64,000 nt of DNA. Source: Rhodobacterales bacterium (GTDB lineage Bacteria; Pseudomonadota; Alphaproteobacteria; Rhodobacterales; CAZPXZ01). Numbering within the stretch: position 1 is the stretch's first letter; each line of letters begins with the position of its first letter. Position numbers and translations under genes: made by a program. Positions 28,223 to 35,888 of this stretch are shown here, one piece after another. The DNA is taken from assembly GCA_965217995.1 (NCBI GenBank), contig CBDCKB010000004.1:323788-387787 (forward strand), given 5' to 3'. The notes beneath the pieces were generated by a model. That model made no database searches. It had not been told where the DNA came from and saw nothing but the letters and a program-made list of their open reading frames with translations.

Positions 28223-29310
28223 ATGTCCGACATCCTGCGCCGTTCCGCCTGGTGCGTTGCTGTGCTGGCAGCCTGCATCGGTCTTGCCGCCAGCTCTCCG
28301 CCCCCGCCCAACCAACCGGCCTCAACGCTTCCTGGCTTGCCCGCTACCTGCCGGAGGTTGAGCCCGGCGAGCTGGTCCCCGAGGCCGAGGCCGATGGCGC
28401 CATTCGCGAGGATCTGCCGGTCGCGCCGGTGCTGCGCGGTGGCAGGATCATCGCCTGAGCGTTCCTCACCTCCGATCTCGTCAGCACGGTCGGCTATTCG
28501 GGCAAGCCCATCCATGTGCTTGCCGCCGTCAGTCCCGATGCCCGCCTGGCAGGTGTCCGGCTGGTCGGCCATTCCGAGCCCATTGTCCTGGTCGGCATTC
28601 CGGAATCGAAAATCCAGGCCCTGACCGCACGCTATACCGGCTTCGACCTGACCCAGGCGAATGCCGAACGCGAACCCGACATCATCTCCGGAGCGATCGT
28701 CACGGTCGTGGTGATCGACGATTCGATCCTCCGCTCCAGCATCCGAGTCGCTCGGCTGCTCGGTCTCGGCGGCATGGCTCCCGAAGCCGATGCGGAGAGC
28801 GGGCCGGGCTATCGGCGGGCTCTCGATTCCGGCGCGGCGGAAAGCGGGATGGAACTGCTCGGCGACGGATCCATCCGCCGCCTCCATCTCGATCTCGAGC
28901 AGGTCAACTCGGCTTTCGCTACCTCCAGCGATGCCCGGGCCGCGCGCGGCCCGGCCGGAACGGGGCGCGCCGGAAGAGACCTTCATCGACCTCTATGCAA
29001 CCCTCGCCACCGCTCCTGCCATCGGCTGTAGCCTGCTTGGCCAAGCCGAGCTCGATCGCCTCGATTCCTGGCTTGAGCCCAGCGAGCACGCGCTCCTAAT
29101 CGCCGCTCGGGGCCGCTACTCCTTCAAGGGATCCGGCTATGTGCGGGGGGGGGTATTTTCGATCGCATCCATCTCGTCCAGGGAGACCGCAGTGTGCGCT
29201 TCCGCGACCGCCAGCACCGGCGGCTGGGCGCCCTAGCCACAGCGGATTCGCCACGCCTCTCCGAAATCGACCTGTTCCGGATTCCTCCTGATTCGGGCTT
29301 CGACCCGGCC
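28223..29310 (+). pseudogene. NosR/NirI-like gene fragment (copy C, the longest) with a nonsense codon and several frameshifts
   Basis: There is a 2-nt insertion near 28290 and the same TGA as copy B at 28456-28458. A frameshift lies near 28935 and another in a G9 run at 29145-29153. It extends further than A and B into ...RGRYSFKGSGYVRGG / IFDRIHLVQGDRSVRFRD...EIDLFRIPPDSGFDP. Confidence 0.65.
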
Positions 29311-29547
29311 CTGGCGGTCTCCGTGTCTCTCGGCACGCGTTTCAGCGAATCCGGAGAACAGGGGTATATCCTCGACCCCCGCAGCGGTCGCCCGGGTGGA
29401 AAATGGCGGCAGGTTGCAGTCATGGCACCGGGGGCGGCCTTAGCCGACGCGCTCTCGACCGCGCTCTGCCTGCTTCCGGAAGAGAAAATCTTACATATCC
29501 GGCAGGTCTGGCCGGATGCCAAAAATCGGCTACTGCCGGTCGTATAG
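29311..29547 (+). pseudogene. ApbE/NosX-family flavin transferase, C-terminal remnant fused in frame to the nosR-like fragment
   Basis: AVSVSLGTRFSESGEQGYILDPRSGRPGGKWRQVAVMAPGAALADALSTALCLL fits the ApbE C-terminal pattern (TSGdY...H.iDPrtG.P...V.V.a....ADAlsTA). Confidence 0.5.
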
Positions 29548-29695
29548 GGACCCACCCGAGAGCACGCAGCACCTCCCTGGTCCAGCAAACGCAACCCCTT
29601 TCACCGGACTGAGAGGTCGGGCGGGCCGCCGATGGCTTTGGATTTCCGAAATCTTGTTGCAAATTGCCTATGGTGTTCGATATTCAAACAGCATG

Positions 29696-29848
29696 CTGAA
29701 ATCACTTTCAATATTCATGATATATGCTGAAATTACTTTCAATTTTCAGGCTATACCATGAAATTGCTTTCAATATTCATAGTATAAATGGCACACTTTC
29801 AATATTCAGACTATATACTGAAATTACTTTCAATATTCACTATACAGG
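29696..29848 (+). repeat. Five tandem approximately 31-bp iteron-like repeats
   Basis: The core CTGAAATTACTTTCAATATTCA starts at about 29696, 29727, 29758, 29790 (partial) and 29818. The array ends 8 bp before the ATG of the ATPase gene. Confidence 0.85.
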
Positions 29849-29855
29849 TAAAACC

Positions 29856-31016
29856 ATGATCCCCCGCAACAACTTTATCAAGCGGCTGAATGCGGCTCTA
29901 GAACGGAACCGGGTGGTGGTCCTCACCGGCCCGCGCCAAAGCGGCAAGACCACGCTCGCACGCCAACTGGTCCAAAAAAATACGCCCAACTACTTCGACC
30001 TGGAGGATCCGATCAGCCTAGATCGGCTGGATCAACCGATGACCGCGCTGGCACCGCTACGCGGACTCGTCGTGGTGGACGAGGTGCAGCGACGGCCGGA
30101 TCTGTTCCCCATCCTCCGGGTGCTTGCGGACCGTGAGAACGAGCCCGCCAAATTCCTTATCCTCGGAAGTGCGTCGGGAGACCTGCTGCGCCAATCCTCC
30201 GAAAGCCTGGCGGGACGGGCCGCGCGCCTGACACTGAACGGCTTTCATCTGAGCGAAGTTGGTACTGAGCAGAGCACGACCCTATGGCTTCGTGGCGGGT
30301 TACCGCAGTCACATCTGGCACGGGATGATGACGAAAGCTTCCTGTGGCGCGAGCAGTATGTGCAGGATCTGCTGGAACGCGATTTCCCCCAATGGGGCGT
30401 GCGCACTTCCGCGACCGCTCTACGCCGCTTCTGGAACATGCTCGCCCACTATCACGGACAGGTCTGGAACGCCTCCCCGCCGGCCCGGGCAATGGAGGTG
30501 AGCCCGCCTACCATACGCCGCTATCTGGATCTTCTGACCGATGCGTTCATGATCCGGCAACTGCCGCCCTACCATACAAATCTCGGGAAGCGGCAGATCA
30601 AGTCGCCGAAAATCTACATCCGGGACAGTGGAATCCTGCACCAGCTTCTCACCATCAAAACCGAGGGCGACCTGCTCACCCATCCCGCTCTGGGGGTATC
30701 ATGGGAAGGATTTGTCATCGAACAACTGCTTGCGCAACTCGAACCGGATGAGGCGTATTTCTGGGGCATCCATCAGGGCGCCGAAATCGATCTCGTGCTC
30801 CATAGGGGGGGCCGCTGGATTGGCGTGGAATGCAAGCGCAAGGATGCACCGCGCATAACGCGCTCCATCCAAACCGCCCTCGATGATCTGGGCCTCGAAC
30901 GTGTCGTGATCGTGTATCCCGGTGAGAAGTCGTACCCCCTGAACGAACAGGTCCATGTCATGCCGTTCCACATGCTGGGGTCGGCGCAGGAAACCTTCGC
31001 ACAATTCAGATTCTGA
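29856..31016 (+). CDS. AAA-domain ATPase with a DUF4143-like C-terminus
   Basis: ATG at 29856 (MIPRNNFIKRL...). It has Walker A (GPRQSGKTT), VVVDEVQ, LGSASGDLLRQSSESLAGR and the C-terminal GAEIDLVLHRGGRWIGVECK. Confidence 0.8.
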   Translation: MIPRNNFIKRLNAALERNRVVVLTGPRQSGKTTLARQLVQKNTPNYFDLEDPISLDRLDQPMTALAPLRGLVVVDEVQRRPDLFPILRVLADRENEPAKFLILGSASGDLLRQSSESLAGRAARLTLNGFHLSEVGTEQSTTLWLRGGLPQSHLARDDDESFLWREQYVQDLLERDFPQWGVRTSATALRRFWNMLAHYHGQVWNASPPARAMEVSPPTIRRYLDLLTDAFMIRQLPPYHTNLGKRQIKSPKIYIRDSGILHQLLTIKTEGDLLTHPALGVSWEGFVIEQLLAQLEPDEAYFWGIHQGAEIDLVLHRGGRWIGVECKRKDAPRITRSIQTALDDLGLERVVIVYPGEKSYPLNEQVHVMPFHMLGSAQETFAQFRF

Positions 31017-31204
31017 TTCACATGCTGCCGCCCGGTAGAGCTTATGACGGATCACCAGAACTAGCGGCAAGGCCGAGTGCTGCATACAAGCTACCATCGG
31101 AGAATGGGCTTATGTGGTCACCCACAGGTCACCACGCAATAAATAATGCGGTCAGTTTTCAACCTAGCTTCATCGCCACAATTGGCACCGACCTCACGGT
31201 GGTC

Positions 31205-31300
31205 TAAAAAAGCAGACACCCATCAGCCGGTTGGGCATCGACAGAAACAACCTATTAAGCTTCCACAACCAAGAAATACCGCTCCGATGTTCCTGGCCTC
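31205..31300 (-). repeat. Inverted, diverged copy of the Sel1 3'-flank segment
   Basis: aaaaaagcagacacccatcagccggttggg is the reverse complement of ccaatcggctgatgggtgtctattttt (27838-27866; similar at about 21808-21838 and about 25653-25682). Weaker similarity continues for about 60 bp. Confidence 0.45.
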
Positions 31301-31683
31301 ATGATGCCCAATCAGATTGTCGATACACAGACCCTCGGCAGGAAATTTTCTGCGAACTTTCTGCGAACGTAGAGGTCGGTCACCAACCCACACCTTATTC
31401 TATCCGAGGCCTTGCTTTGCTGACTGTTTTCGCCTATACGGGATCATACAGCACACTGCATGGCAGTGATTCGAGGTAGCATCACATGCGGTATTCCCAT
31501 ATAACCGCCCGTGCCGACCGGGTTTCTTCCCCGAAACCCGTGATGGCCTGCTATGATGCAGATATTGAAGCAGGTTTGATTGCAATGAGCCGACCATTGG
31601 ATATCCACAACAAATGCATGGCGAACAGCCGTCATGCAAAGAAAGGAAATAACTCAATTTAACCCGGAGGTGGATATACTCCA

Positions 31684-33126
31684 ATGCGTAAGAATAGAAA
31701 ACACAGAATAAAAAAAGCCCGCGACAAACTCGTCACGGCAATCGTAGCACACTACCGAACAGGTGCCGAGCAAGGGGAAGCAGAAGCTCAACTTCACCTT
31801 GGGGCGCTGTACTGTGTCGGGGAGGGTGTCCCCAAAGATTACAAAAAAGCCGCGATATGGCTTCGAAAATCGGCCGAGCAAGGAGAGCCGCAAGCTCAAT
31901 CTCGCCTGGGGTCGCTGTACCTTTATGGAAACGGTGTCCCCCAGGACCATGCGGAAGCCTTGGCATGGTTCCGAAAATCGGCCGAGCAAGGGGAGCCTGA
32001 CGGCCAACATGGCCTGGCGGGGATGTACCTTGCCGGGGTGGGTGTCCCCCGGGACCCTGCAAAAGCCATCGCGTGGCTCCGAAAAGCGGCCGAGCAAGGG
32101 CACCCCAACTCTCAATGTGGTTTAGGGGTCCTGTTCAATTTCGGTGAGGGCGTGCCCCAAGACCATGCAGAAGCCGCAATATGGCTCCGGAAAGCGGCCG
32201 AGCAAGGACATCCCGAAGCTCAAACTCGCCTGGCGGAGATGTACCATCTCGGTAACGGCGTGCCCCAAGATGACGCAGAAGTCACAGCATGGCTCCGAAA
32301 AGCGGCCCAGCAAGGGCACCCCGAGGCTCAAACTCGCTTGAGAGAGATGAACCATCCCGGTAACGGTGTACCCCCCCAAGATCACGCAGCAGCCGTAGCA
32401 CGATGCCGAACAGCGGCCAAGCTAGGAGACCCTGACGGTCAACATAACCTGGCGAAGATGTACCTTTTCGGACAGGGTGTTCCCGAAGACCCCGCAAAAG
32501 CCATAGCATGGTTCCAAAAAGCGGCAGAGCAAGGACACCCCGAAGCTCAGTCTCACTTGGGGGAGATATACTATTTCGGTAGGGGCGTGCCTCAAGACTA
32601 CGCAAAAGCCCTGACATGGGTCCGAAAAGCGGCCGAACAAAATCTGCCGGCAGCTCAAGGTGTCTTGGCGGCGATGTACGGTAACGGTGAGGGCGTGCCC
32701 CAAGACCTGGCAAAAGCCGTGGCATGGGCACAAAAAGCGGCCAGCCAGGGGAACTGCGAATCCCAATACAACCTGGGGCAGACATACAGGAACGGTAATG
32801 GCGTCCCTCAGGACCCCGCAAAAGCCGCGGCATGGTTCCGGAAAGCGGCCGAGCAAGGGCACCCCCAAGCTCAAGGTATCCTGTCGGCGATGTACCATGT
32901 CGGCGAAGGCGTGCCCCAGGATTACGGAGAAGCCATGGCATGGTGCAAAAAATCAGCCGAGCAAGGGGATCCACAAGCTCAATTCAACATGGGGGTGATG
33001 TACTACAAAGGTGAGGGCGTGCTCCAGGATTACGAAACAGCCACAGTATGGTTCAAAAAAGCGGCCCAGCAGGGGCATTCCCAGGCGCAAGAGACTCTGA
33101 CTTTCGTCAGCAGTGGATACCGCTAG
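31684..33126 (+). CDS. Sel1-repeat protein (about 12 repeats), no obvious signal peptide
   Basis: An RBS ggagg lies upstream of ATG 31684. Repeats have the form AQxxLGxxYxxGxGVPQDxAKAxAWxRKAAEQGHP. GC is higher than in the other three Sel1 genes. Confidence 0.85.
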   Translation: MRKNRKHRIKKARDKLVTAIVAHYRTGAEQGEAEAQLHLGALYCVGEGVPKDYKKAAIWLRKSAEQGEPQAQSRLGSLYLYGNGVPQDHAEALAWFRKSAEQGEPDGQHGLAGMYLAGVGVPRDPAKAIAWLRKAAEQGHPNSQCGLGVLFNFGEGVPQDHAEAAIWLRKAAEQGHPEAQTRLAEMYHLGNGVPQDDAEVTAWLRKAAQQGHPEAQTRLREMNHPGNGVPPQDHAAAVARCRTAAKLGDPDGQHNLAKMYLFGQGVPEDPAKAIAWFQKAAEQGHPEAQSHLGEIYYFGRGVPQDYAKALTWVRKAAEQNLPAAQGVLAAMYGNGEGVPQDLAKAVAWAQKAASQGNCESQYNLGQTYRNGNGVPQDPAKAAAWFRKAAEQGHPQAQGILSAMYHVGEGVPQDYGEAMAWCKKSAEQGDPQAQFNMGVMYYKGEGVLQDYETATVWFKKAAQQGHSQAQETLTFVSSGYR

Positions 33127-33720
33127 AATTGCATACACCCTGTGCTTTCCGGATGTTCATGGCTGTTCGCAAAGACGGCCACACAGAGAATTCCTTTTGG
33201 ATATCCGGAAAGCCAGGGCATCCGCGTGGATTGCTGAGGGGCAATATCTTGGCAATAACCCCTGAGCATCCTGCAAGTGGCAATTGCAGCTATCGTTTTT
33301 AAATTTTGTCGGGTCCAACCCAGGCCACTGCTTTGTTCACTTGATTTCATGCATTTTTTCGATGCAGGTATATTGTGGCTGACTCAATTGTTCATCGTGT
33401 TACCGGGCGTGATCCAAATCAAGCTGCCCAACCCTCAGACTGCTGCCCAAGAAACATTTCCGGAAATCCCCATACGCTCTGCAGGCAACCCAGGCCTTGA
33501 AATTTCCCCGGAGAGCCGACCGTCGCCCTCGCCCGCACGAAAGCGCCCATGCAGATCCATCGCCGGTCTGCCGGGATACAGGCTTCCCGGCCAGACGGTG
33601 GTTTCGTGCGTTCCCCTGCCGGATGGCGTAAAACCCTGCCATGGCCGCCCGCTGCACCGACATTCCGTTACGCACCGTCTCTGGCGGCCATTCCGCATCG
33701 TTCCCCGGAAAGGCACAGTC

Positions 33721-35334
33721 ATGACCGACTCTTCCGAGCAGGCACGCAAGATGCTGGCCGATCATGCGCATTCACTCGCCGACCGCACACTCCGCCAGCT
33801 CTTCGACAACGATCCGGGCCGGTTTGCCGACCTCTCCCTGACACAGGACGACATGCTGCTCGATTTCTCGCGCAACCGACTCACCACGGAAACGCTTGAC
33901 CTGTTTGTCGATCTCGCCCGCGCCTGCAATCTCGAGAAAGCCCGCGATGCGATGTTTGTCGGCATGCCGGTCAACAGCACCGAGAGGCAACCTGCCCTGC
34001 ACACATCGCTGCGCCATCCCGAAGGCGGGAACACGAAATATGCGGGGGCAATTCGTGATGCACGCGAGCGCATGCTCGATTTTGCCGAAGGGGTGCGAAC
34101 CGGTGCTTTTACCACCGTCGAGGGCAGCCCCTATACGGATGTCATAAATATCGGCATCGGCGGCTCTGCCCTGGGCCCGGCGATGGCAATTCGTGCCCTT
34201 GCACCCCGGCATGACGGCCCCCGCATCCACATCCTCTCGAATATCGACAGCGCAGAAGCTGTGGATGTGCTCACCGGGCTTGACCCCGCACGCACGCTGG
34301 CGGTTGTGATCTCAAAGACATTCACCACTCCGGAGACCCTGGCAAACGCCCACGCCACCCGTGCCTGGCTCACAAAATCTCTGGGAGAAGACGGTGCGCG
34401 GCGACAGATGGTGGCGGCGACTGCCTATCCGGACCGGGCCGCCGGTTGGGGAATTCAAGAATCACAGATTTTTACGTTCAGCGAATGGGTCAGCGGCCGG
34501 CTGTCGGTCTGGTCGGCAGCCGGGCTGACGCTCGCCATCGCCATCGGCCGCACAGACTTCGAGTCGATGCTGGCGGGTGCCGCCGAGATGGACCGGCATT
34601 TCTGCTCCGCCCCCTTGCCCGAAAACCTTCCTGTAATTCTTGGCCTCACCGGAATATGGAACCGTGACTTCTGCGGCCATGCCGCACGTGCGGTGTTTCC
34701 CTATGGCCGGCGCCTTGCATTGCTCCCCGACTACCTCCAGCAACTCGAGATGGAGTCCAACGGAAAATCGGTGACCGCCGAAGGCATCCCGCTCACCGGA
34801 CCGAGTGCCCCACTAGTCTGGGGTGGTGTCGGCACCGACGCACAGCACGCGGTTTTCCAGTTTCTCCACCAGGGAAGCGACCCGATGCTCTGTGAATTCC
34901 TGATTGCCGCAAACGGCGACGACACCGGCCCCGAACAGCATCACTCCATGCTCATCGCCAATTGCCTGGCGCAATGTGAAGCGCTGGCGCGCGGACGCAC
35001 CCTCCAGGAAGCCCGCGACTCACTCCTCTCCGAAGGCGCCGACGAAGAGACCGCCGATCGCCTTGCGCCGCACAAGATCATGCCCGGCAACCGCCCTTCA
35101 ACGCTGATTGCCTACCAACAACTTGATCCGTTCACACTAGGGCGAATTCTTGCGCTCTACGAGCACCGGGTATTCGTTGAAGCCACAATTCGGGGCACCA
35201 ATCCGTTTGACCAGATGGGTGTGGAACTCGGCAAGGAGCTCGCGCATGCACTCCTGCCCGTGCTCAAAGTCGGTGGAGAGGGTTCTACGATGATTTCCGG
35301 TGCATTAGCGCATCTTTTTTGTCTCCAAAAATGA
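33721..35334 (+). CDS. pgi: Glucose-6-phosphate isomerase
   Basis: ATG at 33721 (MTDSSEQARKML...DRTLRQLFDNDPGRF...). IGIGGSALGP and GVELGK motifs are present. The upstream 148 codons of the track ORF are not pgi-like. Confidence 0.9.
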   Translation: MTDSSEQARKMLADHAHSLADRTLRQLFDNDPGRFADLSLTQDDMLLDFSRNRLTTETLDLFVDLARACNLEKARDAMFVGMPVNSTERQPALHTSLRHPEGGNTKYAGAIRDARERMLDFAEGVRTGAFTTVEGSPYTDVINIGIGGSALGPAMAIRALAPRHDGPRIHILSNIDSAEAVDVLTGLDPARTLAVVISKTFTTPETLANAHATRAWLTKSLGEDGARRQMVAATAYPDRAAGWGIQESQIFTFSEWVSGRLSVWSAAGLTLAIAIGRTDFESMLAGAAEMDRHFCSAPLPENLPVILGLTGIWNRDFCGHAARAVFPYGRRLALLPDYLQQLEMESNGKSVTAEGIPLTGPSAPLVWGGVGTDAQHAVFQFLHQGSDPMLCEFLIAANGDDTGPEQHHSMLIANCLAQCEALARGRTLQEARDSLLSEGADEETADRLAPHKIMPGNRPSTLIAYQQLDPFTLGRILALYEHRVFVEATIRGTNPFDQMGVELGKELAHALLPVLKVGGEGSTMISGALAHLFCLQK

Positions 35335-35752
35335 TACGTAATTTCTACATTTCCACATATCACCTCAGGCCTTCTCCCATCAAAACTATATCACTGCATA
35401 TTGTGATTTCACTGCGCTAGATCGGTATTGTGATGCGCGCAAAATTGTCAGGAACTAACCATCCGAAAACTTCGCATCTTAGCATTCTATCAGAGATAGG
35501 CCATCGTCAGAAATCGCAAAATAGCAGAATCGAAACGCTCCATCAAATTTGAATCACACCTATCGAACTCACTCCAATTGATACGTCACCGCCGAACCCA
35601 TGAGTCAAATGTTAAGCATAATTGCCAGTTGTCGATTTCCAAGAGTACAAAAATCATACTAAGTTATGCTGTTTTTGTTATCTAATTTTAGCATATTTTT
35701 GTATAACAGCAGTAATATCACGCTAATAATACCTTCGTGCATCGTTAAATTT

Positions 35753-35772
35753 TGATCAATAAATATTGATCA
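35753..35772. repeat. 20-bp near-perfect palindrome TGATCAATAAATATTGATCA in an AT-rich non-coding tract
   Basis: It has 9-bp arms with 2 central bases and contains two GATC sites. Confidence 0.6.
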
Positions 35773-35888
35773 CAAATAATAATAAAATAGCTATTCGGAG
35801 ATTCTTTTAATCAACAAATTCCGCAGTCCACACCACAAAATAACCATGCAATATCCACAGGTATGTTCACGCTTGATCGCCACATATA

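Noticed and set aside
29724-29855. N-terminal 44-codon extension of the ATPase ORF (MLKLLSIFRLYHEIAFNIH...)
   Set aside because: It is a translation of the approximately 31-bp tandem repeats. The ATPase family N-terminus begins at MIPRNNFIKRL (29856).
31520-31539. Perfect 7-bp stem GGGTTTC-N6-GAAACCC upstream of Sel1 gene 4, as a terminator or RNA element
   Set aside because: There is no U-tract and no conserved context. An isolated short hairpin is not sufficient evidence.
33277-33720. 148-codon N-terminal extension of the pgi ORF
   Set aside because: The extension is not pgi-like. The canonical Pgi N-terminus starts at ATG 33721.
35335-35888. tRNA/att site or direct repeats defining island integration
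   Set aside because: By eye I found no tRNA-like cloverleaf sequence and no repeat shared with the right border (44700-44920). A computational scan is still needed.
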